From Desulfobacterales bacterium (lineage in GTDB: Bacteria; Desulfobacterota; Desulfobacteria; Desulfobacterales; SpSt-501), in assembly GCA_037481615.1 (NCBI GenBank), contig JBBFLI010000020.1: DNA of 64,000 nt; one strand, given 5' to 3'. How positions within the stretch are numbered: the stretch's first letter is position 1; the number at the start of each line of letters is the position of its first letter. The notes beneath the pieces were generated by a model that worked only from the letters and a program-made list of their open reading frames with translations, did not search any database and had not been told where the DNA came from. Below are positions 1-8,896 of this stretch, piece after piece. The translations under genes were made by a program, and so were the position numbers.

Positions 1-406
1 CCCTGGCCGTCGACCACCACCATCCACTTCGTACCCTTGCCGCGCTTGGTTTTTCCGACGCAGGGCCCCCTTTTTTCGTCGGGGCGAAGCTGCCGTCAGC
101 GAAGGTCTCTTCCCAGTCCAGATACTGCCTTTCGTCCAGCTCGGCCAGCAAGGCTCGCCAGATATCCAGCCAGATGCCCAACTCCTCCCAGAGCCGCAAC
201 CGTCGCCAGCAGGTGGAGGCACTGGGATATCGGCTGGGAAGATCGCGCCAGCGGGCGCCGCTTTTAAGCACCCAGAGAATACCTTCCAAGACTTGCCGGG
301 TATCCTGCCATGGCCTGCCGCCCTTTGAGCCAACAGTGGTTTTAGGTAAAAGCGGCTCAAGCTTTTTCCACTGCTCATCTTTTAGAAACGGGGTAGCTCG
401 CGCCAT
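1..406 (-). CDS. IS5-family transposase (IS427/IS1031-like), N-terminal part. It needs a programmed -1 frameshift.
   Basis: Minus-strand translation from 406 reads MARATPFLKDEQWKKLEPLLPKTTVGSKGGRPWQDTRQVLEGILWVLKSGARWRDLPSRYPSASTCWRRLRLWEELGIWLDIWRALLAELDERQYLDWEETFADGSFAPTKK. This is the HTH/DUF4096-type N-terminus typical of IS5-family transposases. After the slippery A_AAA_AAG (plus-strand 70-76) the -1 frame continues GPCVGKTKRGKGTKWMVVVDGQG, the usual entry into the DDE domain. Confidence 0.8.
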   Translation of the reverse strand, partial: MARATPFLKDEQWKKLEPLLPKTTVGSKGGRPWQDTRQVLEGILWVLKSGARWRDLPSRYPSASTCWRRLRLWEELGIWLDIWRALLAELDERQYLDWEETFADGSFAPTKKGGPASEKPSAARVRSGWWWSTAR

Positions 407-530
407 TGGATCACCTCCAACAGCTTACTACCCGAAATCATTTAAAAAGTCTAGGGCCATAACTAACTGATCATACAACATATTGCGTGCGAATTCGTGG
501 CGAACTACAACTCAACAGGTTATGAAACCA
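1..530 (-). mobile_element. One end of an IS5-family insertion sequence. The element continues beyond the window start and the inner boundary (about 450-535) is not resolved.
   Basis: A minus-strand transposase gene with its own SD (GGAGGTGATCCA-ATG, start 406) runs off the window at position 1. G+C drops sharply between 407 and about 690, consistent with an IS end plus junction. The terminal inverted repeat cannot be defined because the other end is outside the window. Confidence 0.6.
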
Positions 531-555
531 CTTCTAGGGACTGGACGGAAAAAGA

Positions 556-684
556 ATGACGAACGAAGAAATTGCCAGATTCTTCAATAGCGCGAGGCCC
601 CACATCCAGGGCAACCCTGACCTGCGAGATCCCCAGTTCGAGGGATGGTTCCATATTGGAACAAGGTTCCATGAGGCAAGCTGA
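556..684 (+). other. Orphan 42-codon ORF in the low-GC junction, possibly the 5' stub of a deleted gene
   Basis: ATG 556 to TGA 682-684 gives MTNEEIARFFNSARPHIQGNPDLRDPQFEGWFHIGTRFHEAS. It is much lower in G+C than the surrounding genome. It ends exactly where the DUF499 remnant frame opens, and its SD is weak. Confidence 0.2.
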
Positions 685-1647
685 ATGTCACTCTCCGCAA
701 GATACCTGCCCCGCGCAACACCCTTGGACTCTGCAGAGATCTGTCGCCGCATCAGGTGAAGCAGGCGGAGACGCAGCGGACGGCCGCCGACGGCGTCGTC
801 GACGCGCGCCTCCCCGAAGCCTACCAGTGGCTGCTCGTGCCCACGCAGCAGAGCCCGCAAAGCGGCCGTGCAATGGCAGGCATTCCGCCTGATGGGCCAG
901 GACGCGCTTGCCGTGCGCGCGAGCAAGAAGCTCAAGAACGACGAGCTCCTGGTCACAAACCTCGCCGCTTCGCGCCTGCGCATGGAGCTCGACCGGGTGC
1001 CGCTCTGGCGCGGGGACCACGTGGCGATCAGGCAGCTCGTCGACGATTTCGCCCGCTACCTGTATCTCCCGCGGCTCAAGGAGCCTTCGGTCCTGGTCGA
1101 GGCGATTCGCAGCGGCCTCGCCCTCCTCACGTGGGAGGCGGATTCGTTTGCGTTCGCGGAAAGCTACGACGAGGCCGGCGCGCGGTACCGCGGGCTCCAG
1201 TTCGCGCGCCCCCCCCTCCGGGTCGAAGCGGATTCGGAGGCGCTGCTTGTCAAGCCGGAGGTTGCACGCCGGCAGCTGGAGGCCGAGGGAGCTGCCGCGC
1301 CGGCTACTTCAGCGACTCGACCGGCAGGCGGCGTCACCCCTCCCGGTTCGCCCGCGATCCAGCCGCCGGGGGGATCGCCGGGCGCCTCCCCCGTCGCGCC
1401 GCCACGTGCGCGCCCCAAACGGTTCCACGGCACCGTCACCCTCGAGGCCACAAGGGTGGGACGCGACGCTAGCAGGGTCGCCGACGAGGTGATCACGCAC
1501 CTCGCCGGCCTCGTGGGCGCGAAGGTGAAGGTGACACTCGAGATCGAGGCCGAGATTCCGGCCGGCGTGCCGGAGAACGTGGTCCGCACCGTCACCGAGA
1601 ACAGCCGGGCGTTGAAGTTCGACAGCCAGGGGTTCGAGAGCGAATGA
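675..1647 (+). pseudogene. 3' remnant of a DUF499-type ATPase gene (defence-island family), truncated and frameshifted
   Basis: The frame opening at 675 reads ...ETQRTAADGVVDARLPEAYQWLLVPTQQSPQSG. The sense reading then jumps frame at about 855-868 to VQWQAFRLMGQDALAVRASKKLKNDELLV...KRFHGTVTLEATRVGRDASRVADEVITHLAGLVGAKVKVTLEIEAEIPAGVPENVVRTVTENSRALKFDSQGFESE. I recognise this C-terminal module from large DUF499 ATPases. The roughly 700 N-terminal residues are missing. Confidence 0.55.
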
Positions 1648-2109
1648 GCCGGTGAGCGTGCGGGAGGTCCCCGGTAGGCGATCACGGGGATGGGGAGGAA
1701 CGCCCACATCGACCTGCCGCCGGCCCTTAGGGTTTCGATTTCCTGGCCTTCATTCCACTGATCGTGGTCCTGGACCGCGTGAGCCGGCTGCCGCGCGCGA
1801 GCACGTCGCCGGATCCGGTGCGTCCCTATCGCAGCACATCGTCCTCGAGACCCAGAACGGCGCGCTGCCGCCCGGGCTGGATGCGGCCCCGCGGCGATTA
1901 CGGCCGCTTGAGGTGCGGCGTTACCCGCCGTCCACGATCGGTCCAGTCGAGCCGCCGGTCGGGGTGGGTTTTCCTCGACTTTCCGCACCCGGGTGGATGA
2001 CCCACACTACCCGTGCTCATCCAACCCTGGATGGGGGGGCTATCCGGATTCGAGCCCAAAAAAACCGTTGACAACGAGCGGCACTTTGTTTACCAGCGTG
2101 AAAAAGAAG

Positions 2110-2124
2110 TTTAATTGCATTAAA
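2110..2124. promoter_or_regulatory. Inverted repeat TTTAAT-TGC-ATTAAA, candidate operator upstream of the XRE-cupin regulator
   Basis: Perfect 6-bp arms with a 3-nt spacer lie 24 nt upstream of ATG 2148, in the only AT-rich patch of the intergenic region. A TTGACA hexamer lies at 2068-2073. Confidence 0.3.
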
Positions 2125-2147
2125 CCCACGATCTCGGGCCGCCGATC

Positions 2148-2717
2148 ATGGCTTCATCCCTGGAAGCGCAAATCGGGTGGCGCATCCGCAAGCTGCGCGA
2201 GAGCAAGCGGCTGACTCTCGCGGATCTGGCCCGTCGTACCGGCCTTTCCAAGGCCCTCCTCAGCAAAATCGAAAACGGCAAGGTCTCCTCCCCGGTTTCG
2301 ACCCTCCTGCTCATCGCGGAATCGCTCAAGGTTCGGCTGAGCTACCTCGTCGACGAAAACGGCGGGCAGCCGGAAATGAAATGCGTTCTGGTTCGGGCCC
2401 GCGAGCGCCTCCGGCTGGATCGGGGAACCGAGGATTTCGGGTTCTGCTACGAAATGCTCGCCCACTCCAAACCCGACAAAAAGATGGAGCCCGCCGTCCT
2501 CATCGTGGAAAACCGCCGCCCGTACGCCGTGACGTACACCCACCCCGGCGAGGAGCTGATTTACGTGCTGGAGGGGCGGATGGAGTTCACCTACGGCAAG
2601 AAGAAATTTCTGATGGAAGCCGGCGATGCCATCTACTTTGACGGCGATGTGCCCCACGGCGGGCGGAACGTTTCCGACCGCGCCTTGAAGGTCTTGACGG
2701 TCATCTGCAACCCGTAG
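2148..2717 (+). CDS. XRE-family HTH transcriptional regulator with C-terminal cupin domain
   Basis: N-terminus IGWRIRKLRESKRLTLADLARRTGLSKALLSKIENGK is an XRE HTH. C-terminus HPGEELIYVLEGRMEFTYG...GDAIYFDGDVPHGGRN is a cupin. Confidence 0.85.
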   Translation: MASSLEAQIGWRIRKLRESKRLTLADLARRTGLSKALLSKIENGKVSSPVSTLLLIAESLKVRLSYLVDENGGQPEMKCVLVRARERLRLDRGTEDFGFCYEMLAHSKPDKKMEPAVLIVENRRPYAVTYTHPGEELIYVLEGRMEFTYGKKKFLMEAGDAIYFDGDVPHGGRNVSDRALKVLTVICNP

Positions 2718-2750
2718 GCCCTGAACCATACAAAACGAGGAGGGTTTGCC

Positions 2751-3737
2751 ATGAGAGGGAGAGCAACATCCCGCATCGTCCGGTCCATTCTTGCGTCGCT
2801 GGTCCTGCTCGCCTGTGGGTTCCAGGTGACCCATGCCGAGAATTACAAGCTGGGGCACGTGGGCCCGCCGACCCATCCTTACCAGCTCGGTGCACTCAAG
2901 TTCGCGGAGCTGGTCAAGCAGGGGACGCAGGGAAAAATCGTCATCGATGTCTTCCCGTCGAGCCAGCTCGGAAACGAACGCGATCTCATCGAAGGCCTCC
3001 AGATCGGCACGGTGGATTTCGTCCTCTCCTCGACCGGCCCCATGGCGACCTTTGACCCCAAGTTCGGCGCTCCGGACCTGCCGTTCATCTTCCGGGACCT
3101 CAAACACGCCTATGCGGTCCTGGATGGGGCCGTGGGGAAGGAATTGTTCGACTCGCTGAAGAACAAAGGCATCATCGGGCTGGCCTGGTTCGAAAACGGA
3201 TTCCGCCAGGTGACCAATTCGCGGCGCCCGATCGAGAAACCCGAGGACCTCAAAGGGCTGAAGATCCGCACGATGGAAAACCCGATTCACGTGGCCTTTT
3301 TCAAGGAACTGGGGGTCGACCCCACGCCGATGGCTTTCGGCGAGGTGTTCAGCGCGCTGGAGCAAAAAGTGGTCGACGGCCAGGAAAACCCCGTGGCCGC
3401 GGTGCTTACCGCCAAATTCTTCGAAGTGCAGAAATATCTGGCGATGACGGGCCACGTGTACACGGCCGTGCCCCTGATGGTGCGTGGCGACCTGTTCCGT
3501 TCCCTGCCGCCGGAGCACCAGAAAGTCATCGTCAACGCCGCCCGCGAGGCCAGCATCTACGAGCGCCGGTTGCTCGCGGATCAGGAGAAGAGCGGCATCG
3601 AGGAACTCAAGAAGAAAGGCATGACGATCACCTACCCGGACCGGGCCAAGCTGCGTGAGGCAACGGCTCCGGTTTACCGGAAGTTCGAAAAGACGATCGG
3701 CAGGGAGCTGATCCAGAAAATTCTCGACACCCCGTAG
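2751..3737 (+). CDS. TRAP transporter substrate-binding protein (DctP family)
   Basis: It has a signal peptide and the motifs YKLGHVGPPTHPY, QLGNERDLIEGLQIGTVDF, LAWFENGFRQVTN and EVQKYLAMTGH. The SD is GAGGAGGG. Confidence 0.9.
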   Translation: MRGRATSRIVRSILASLVLLACGFQVTHAENYKLGHVGPPTHPYQLGALKFAELVKQGTQGKIVIDVFPSSQLGNERDLIEGLQIGTVDFVLSSTGPMATFDPKFGAPDLPFIFRDLKHAYAVLDGAVGKELFDSLKNKGIIGLAWFENGFRQVTNSRRPIEKPEDLKGLKIRTMENPIHVAFFKELGVDPTPMAFGEVFSALEQKVVDGQENPVAAVLTAKFFEVQKYLAMTGHVYTAVPLMVRGDLFRSLPPEHQKVIVNAAREASIYERRLLADQEKSGIEELKKKGMTITYPDRAKLREATAPVYRKFEKTIGRELIQKILDTP

Positions 3738-3758
3738 ACCGGCCGGGAACGGTCCGTC

Positions 3759-4267
3759 ATGCTCCGGCGTATCTGCCTTCTGCTCGAGCGGCTGAGCTGC
3801 CTTCTGATGTTTGTCTTTCTCGCGGTCATGGTGGCCGTCGTTTTTGCACAGGTGGTCTGGCGCTATGTGCTGAGCGCCTCGATCTTCTGGTCGGAAGAAC
3901 TCAGCCGCTACCTCATGGTGTGGGCCACGATGTTCGCCTCGGGGGTCTGCCTGAAGCGCGGGTCCCACATGGCGGTCCGCTTCGTGCACGACGGCCTGCC
4001 CCCGCTTTGCGGCGCTGGACGGCACTCGGGGTGTATGTTTTGATCCTGATCTTTCTGGCCGTGGTTTTCCGCTACGGCATCACCCTGGTGGCGCGGACCT
4101 GGATGCAGATCTCCCCCACCCTGAACCTGCCCATGGGAGCGGTCTACCTGTGCGTTCCACTGGGGGCGCTGTTCATGGCCGTCCAGGTTCTGGCCCTCCT
4201 GCAGCGGATCTGGAAGACGGGAAGCGTGGACCCCCCGGACGCGGAGGCCGCCGGGGGAGGAGGTTGA
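3759..4267 (+). pseudogene. TRAP small permease (DctQ family) interrupted by a 1-nt frameshift in a C5 run
   Basis: ORF 3759-4043 (…HMAVRFVHDGLPP) and the frame of ORF 3920-4267 (ALRRWTALGVYVLILIFLAVVFRYGITLV...) together make one full-length DctQ. The join needs one extra C in the run at 3999-4003. Confidence 0.7.
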
Positions 4268-4268
4268 A

Positions 4269-5546
4269 GTGCAGATCGCCCTGTTTGGGACCCTGGTCTT
4301 GTTGTTCGTCTTGAGAATGCCGATCGCCTTCGCCCTCGGGGTCTCCTCGCTCGTCTATCTCTTGTCGCTCAAGTCGGTCTCGTTGATCGTGATCGCCCAG
4401 AAAATGTTCACCGCGATCGACTCCTTCCCGCTGACGGCGATCCCTTTCTTCATTCTGGCCGGGGAGCTGATGGAGGCCGGGGGGATCAGCCGCCGGCTGA
4501 TCGATTTTGCAAACAATCTGGTCGGCTCGATCACCGGCGGACTTGCCCATGTTTCGATCGTATCCTCCATGTTTTTCGCCGGGATCTCGGGAGCGGCGGC
4601 CGCCGACACGGCGGCCGTCGGCTCGGTGCTCATCCCGGCGATGTCCCGCCGGGGCTACCACATTTCCTTCGCGGCCGCCCTCCAGGCCTGCGCGGGGACT
4701 ATCGGGGTCATGATCCCGCCCAGCATCCCGCTCATTTTTTACGGCGTGCTGGCCTCGACGTCCATCAGCCGCCTGTTTCTCGGCGGGGCGATTCCCGGCG
4801 TGATCATGGGCGCCACCCTCATGGGGGTGGCCTACGGGATCGCCTGCCGGCGCGGTTACCCGAAAGAGCCGTTCCGGGGTATCGGCCAGCTGGCCGTGAG
4901 TTTTCGGCGGTCGTTTCTTGCCCTGCTGATGCCGATCGTGGTGCTGGGAGGCATCATCGGCGGCGTTGTCACCCCCACCGAGGCGGCCGTCATCGCCGTG
5001 ACGTACGCCCTGGTCTTGGGGGTGTTCATCTATCGCGAGCTTCGGGTCGATCAAGTTTACAACCTTTTCGTGCGCTCCATGCTCAACGCCGCCCTGGTGC
5101 TCTTCATCATCTCGGTGGCGTCGGTCTTTTCGTGGATCATCACCCGAGAACTCATCCCCCAGCGGGTGGCCTCGCTCCTCGGTTCCGTCTCTTCCAACCC
5201 CTGGGTCATTCTGCTGATCATCAACATCATTTTGCTGCTGGTGGGAACGTTTCTGGATATCGGTTCGGCGTTGATCATCTTCGTTCCGGTGCTGATGCCT
5301 GTCATCAACGGACTGGGCATCGACCCCGTTTTTTTCGGGGTGGTCATGGTGGTGAACCTGGCCATCGGCATGGTGACGCCGCCGCTCGGAGTCTGCTTGT
5401 TCGTGGCCTGCTCGATCGCCAAAATCGATCTCGAAACCATCGCCCGAGACCTCTGGCCGTTTTTGGCCGGGATGATCGCCGTGCTGCTGCTCATCACCTA
5501 CGTGCCCTCCCTGGTGCTCTGGTTGCCGAACCTGCTGCTCAAGTGA
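4269..5546 (+). CDS. TRAP transporter large permease (DctM family)
   Basis: A 425-aa polytopic membrane protein with a typical DctM N-terminus (RMPIAFALGVSSLVYL, IPFFILAGELME). GTG start is 2 nt after the dctQ stop. Confidence 0.9.
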   Translation: MQIALFGTLVLLFVLRMPIAFALGVSSLVYLLSLKSVSLIVIAQKMFTAIDSFPLTAIPFFILAGELMEAGGISRRLIDFANNLVGSITGGLAHVSIVSSMFFAGISGAAAADTAAVGSVLIPAMSRRGYHISFAAALQACAGTIGVMIPPSIPLIFYGVLASTSISRLFLGGAIPGVIMGATLMGVAYGIACRRGYPKEPFRGIGQLAVSFRRSFLALLMPIVVLGGIIGGVVTPTEAAVIAVTYALVLGVFIYRELRVDQVYNLFVRSMLNAALVLFIISVASVFSWIITRELIPQRVASLLGSVSSNPWVILLIINIILLLVGTFLDIGSALIIFVPVLMPVINGLGIDPVFFGVVMVVNLAIGMVTPPLGVCLFVACSIAKIDLETIARDLWPFLAGMIAVLLLITYVPSLVLWLPNLLLK

Positions 5547-5564
5547 AAACCCGAAGGAGGCTCA

Positions 5565-5978
5565 ATGCAGAAAGTCGTCGTGAAGAAATCGGAATACCTC
5601 TACGGTGCGCCCATGGAAAGCCGCCCCGGTGTCCGCGACATCAAGGTGATTTACCCCGAGACCGGGGCGGCGGCCAAAACCCTCTGCATGGGGATCGTCG
5701 AGATCGCGCCGGGCGCCCACTCGCCCCGGCATCGCCACAACTGCGAAGAGGTCTACTATGTGCTGCAGGGGGAGGGATACATCCAGACGGAGGAGGGCAG
5801 GTATCCCTTTGAGGCCGGCGATGCCGTGTTGAACCGCGAAAACATCTACCACTCCGTTTACAACACGGGGCAGGAAACCGTCCGGCTGCTGGTCGTCGGC
5901 GGGGTGATGTTCGTCCCCCTCTGGCCGCGCTGGCCCACGGAAAGCCCCTATGAGTTGGATCCTGCAGACATCGGGTGA
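5565..5978 (+). CDS. Cupin domain protein
   Basis: Cupin motifs GAHSPRHRHNCEEVYYVLQGEG...GDAV...HSVYNTG. It is co-directional and tightly spaced with the TRAP genes. Confidence 0.75.
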   Translation: MQKVVVKKSEYLYGAPMESRPGVRDIKVIYPETGAAAKTLCMGIVEIAPGAHSPRHRHNCEEVYYVLQGEGYIQTEEGRYPFEAGDAVLNRENIYHSVYNTGQETVRLLVVGGVMFVPLWPRWPTESPYELDPADIG

Positions 5979-5992
5979 CAGGAGACCCCGGC

Positions 5993-7117
5993 ATGAAAAT
6001 CACGAAGATCGACTTCACGCTCTACCAGTATCCGCTGGCCAAGCCGCTGCCCATGTCCTGCGGCGTTCTGACGCATCGCAACTTCGGAATCGTCCGGGTG
6101 GATACCGACGCCGGGCTCGAGGGCATCGGGGAAACGTCCATCAACTTTCCGCCCTGGATATTCCGGGAACGAAAAGCGACGATCGAGGAAGGTCTGGCGG
6201 GGCTTCTGATCGGGGAAAACCCGCTTGAGATCGGGCGGCTCTGGTGCAAGATGGCCGGGGCCGTGCGCGGGTTCACGCGCATGTGGTCCGAAGGGGCCTT
6301 GATGCAGGCGATCAGCGGCATCGACATGGCCCTCTGGGACATCGCGGGCAAGGAATACGGGAAGCCGGTCTGGATGCTCCTCGGAGGGCAACACCGGAGC
6401 AAAGCCGAGGTGTATGCAACCGGCTACAGCATGGACCAGCTCGTCTCGGGCGGCGTTTCCGAAGAGATTGCACGGAAGGGCTACCGTTCGGTCAAGGTTC
6501 GAATCGGTTTCGACGACGAGGCCGATATCGAAAACGTCCACCGCGTGCATCGCGCGATCGAGGGCCGCCTCCGCCTTCTGGTGGATGCCAACGGGGCATA
6601 CCTCTACCCTCGTGCCAGAAGGATCCTGAGGCGGCTGGCCGATGTAAACCTCTTCTGGCTGGAGGAGCCCGTCCTGGCCGACGACCTGGAAGGCTATATC
6701 GCCTTGCACGACGAATTCCCCGATACTCCGCTCGCGTGGGGCGAAAACGGCTTCAGCGTGGAGATCTATCAGAAGTTCTGCGAGGCCCATGCGATCGACG
6801 TGGTGATGCCTGACCCCTCCCGTTGCGGCGGCCTGACGCAATGCGTCCGCTTGTGCGAAACGGCGGCGCGTTACGGAATTCCCTTTTCCCCGCATCACTA
6901 CGGGTCGGACGTCGGGTTTGCCGCGGCCCTTCATCTGGTGGCCAGCCAGCCCGATTTCCTGATCATGCTGCGGGACGTGAGCGACTGCCCCCTGCGGGAG
7001 GAGATCGTGGAGGAACCGTTTACGGTCCAAGACGGCAAGGTGGTGGTTCCGCAGAAGCCGGGGCTTGGGGTATCGATCAATGAAAAGGTCGCTCAACGAT
7101 ACGAGAAAGCGATTTAG
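5993..7117 (+). CDS. Enolase-superfamily enzyme (mandelate racemase / muconate lactonizing enzyme family, acid-sugar dehydratase-like)
   Basis: MKITKIDFTLYQYPL...GLEGIGETS...DMALWDIAGKEYGKPVWMLLGG...VKVRIG...LLVDANGAY...FWLEEPV...GENGF are the typical MR/MLE N- and C-domain signatures. ATG 5993 has SD GGAGA. Confidence 0.85.
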   Translation: MKITKIDFTLYQYPLAKPLPMSCGVLTHRNFGIVRVDTDAGLEGIGETSINFPPWIFRERKATIEEGLAGLLIGENPLEIGRLWCKMAGAVRGFTRMWSEGALMQAISGIDMALWDIAGKEYGKPVWMLLGGQHRSKAEVYATGYSMDQLVSGGVSEEIARKGYRSVKVRIGFDDEADIENVHRVHRAIEGRLRLLVDANGAYLYPRARRILRRLADVNLFWLEEPVLADDLEGYIALHDEFPDTPLAWGENGFSVEIYQKFCEAHAIDVVMPDPSRCGGLTQCVRLCETAARYGIPFSPHHYGSDVGFAAALHLVASQPDFLIMLRDVSDCPLREEIVEEPFTVQDGKVVVPQKPGLGVSINEKVAQRYEKAI

Positions 7118-7496
7118 CCGGGATCGCCTCGCGGCCCGAGAAAAGCAGAACGAAAAAACCGGGGGAAAAACCAGTGCCGGTGTGCCGCCCTTCGGCACCC
7201 GCCCTGCGGGCCCCCGGCCCAACGCATTCGGGTTTCGATTTCGCTCGAGTCGCCGGGAGGGATTCGGCCGCCGGGGGCATGACGCCCGCCGGGAACGGTT
7301 GGGGATAAGGATCCTGCACGAGAAGCAACGACTGCCGATGCAGAGAAAGCAGGGCCCCCGAGGGGGAGCAAGCCGTCGGCGCTTCGAGTTCCGGTGGGTG
7401 GTGACTTAGGACGGAGCGCCCACCGGATGAACCGATTGCAACGAGGAAGACCTGACTCATCATGCAAGGTCCGCCCCTCCGCTCGTCCGCCCGGCG

Positions 7497-8435
7497 ATGA
7501 AATACATCGGGGCCCACGTCAGCGCTGCCGGGGGGGTGGCGAAGGCCCCCCTGAATGCCGCCCGGATCGGGGCGGGCGCCTTCGCCCTGTTCACCAAGAA
7601 CCAGCGGCAGTGGCGGGCCAAGGCGCTTGCCGCAGATGAGATCCGGGCTTTCAAGGAAAACTGCCGCAGGCAGGGCTTCGGCCCGCGGCAGATCCTCGCC
7701 CATGCAAGCTACCTGATCAACCTGGGGCACCCCGAGCGGGAGGGCCTCGCGAAGTCGCGCGCGGCATTGATCGACGAGATGAACCGCTGCCGTGCGCTGG
7801 GGCTCTCCGCCCTCAACATCCACCCCGGAAGCCACCTCGGCCGCATCCCCGAGGGGGAATGCCTCGCCCGCATCGCGCAGTCGATCAACCTCGCCCTGGA
7901 GGCGGTCCCGGGCGTGAAGGTCGTGGTCGAGAACACGGCCGGCCAGGGCGGCCACCTCGGCCACCGCCTCGAGCACCTCGCCGCCGTCCTCGAGCGCATC
8001 TCCGACCGCTCCCGGGTGGGGGTGTGCCTCGATACCTGCCACGGCTTCGCCGCGGGATACGATCTCGCAAGCGCCGAGGGCTATGCGGAGTTTTTTGCGC
8101 GCTTCGAGGCCGTGGTGGGCCTTTCGTGTCTTGCGGGGCTCCACCTGAACGACAGCCGGAAGCCCCTGGGCAGCCGCGTCGACCGCCATGCCGGGATCGG
8201 CCGGGGGGCGCTCGGGCTCGAGGCCTTCCGGCGCATCATGAGGGACCCGCGCTTCGATGGGATCCCTCTGATCCTCGAGACGCCGGACCCGGAGCGCTGG
8301 CCCGAGGAGATCCGGCTGCTCAAGGAAATGGCGCAGCAGGGCGGTGGGGCCCTCCGCCTCGAGCCTGCCCCGGCTGCGCGGGGGGGCCTTGTCTATCGAC
8401 CGGCGCATCTTGAACCTCGGCGGCGGATGATCTAA
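7497..8435 (+). CDS. nfo: Endonuclease IV (AP endonuclease)
   Basis: [13 protein letters not shown]...[11 protein letters not shown]...HASYLINLG...LNIHPGSH...[10 protein letters not shown]...[14 protein letters not shown]...LHLNDS...DRHAGIGRG...PLILETP match Nfo along the full length. Confidence 0.9.
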   Translation: MKYIGAHVSAAGGVAKAPLNAARIGAGAFALFTKNQRQWRAKALAADEIRAFKENCRRQGFGPRQILAHASYLINLGHPEREGLAKSRAALIDEMNRCRALGLSALNIHPGSHLGRIPEGECLARIAQSINLALEAVPGVKVVVENTAGQGGHLGHRLEHLAAVLERISDRSRVGVCLDTCHGFAAGYDLASAEGYAEFFARFEAVVGLSCLAGLHLNDSRKPLGSRVDRHAGIGRGALGLEAFRRIMRDPRFDGIPLILETPDPERWPEEIRLLKEMAQQGGGALRLEPAPAARGGLVYRPAHLEPRRRMI

Positions 8436-8498
8436 ATGGCGGCTGGGCGGCTCCTTCGGGGGACGGCGGGCCGCCGTTCGACCGGCTGAGGCGGGGAG

Positions 8499-8864
8499 AT
8501 GATCATCAAGCGGGAAGAGATGAAGCTCGAGCGGCGCGAGCCCTTCGCCGGCGGCAAGGGCGGCGGAACGCTCCGCCACGCCATCCCCCCCGGCGCCTCC
8601 GTCCCCGGGAGCCGCTTCCGGCTGATCAGCCAGGTGGCGCTCGACCCGGGGGCGGAGATCGGCGAACACGTCCACGCCGACAACGAAGAAATCTACTGGG
8701 TGCTCTCCGGCTCCGGCGTCTTCCGCGACGACGGCCGCGAGGTGCCCGCCAACCCCGGCGACCTGATTCTCACCCGGCGGGGGCATGCGCACGGGTTGCG
8801 GAACACGGGCGCCGAACCCCTGGTTTTCCTGGCCGTGGTCGCCGGCGACCCCGCCCCGGAGTGA
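8499..8864 (+). CDS. Cupin domain protein
   Basis: GEHVHADNEEIYWVLSGSGVF...GDLILTRRGHAHGLRNTG. It directly precedes the second TRAP module. Confidence 0.7.
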   Translation: MIIKREEMKLERREPFAGGKGGGTLRHAIPPGASVPGSRFRLISQVALDPGAEIGEHVHADNEEIYWVLSGSGVFRDDGREVPANPGDLILTRRGHAHGLRNTGAEPLVFLAVVAGDPAPE

Positions 8865-8896
8865 TCGGCGGCCCGTCGATCGAAAGGAGGCATCGA

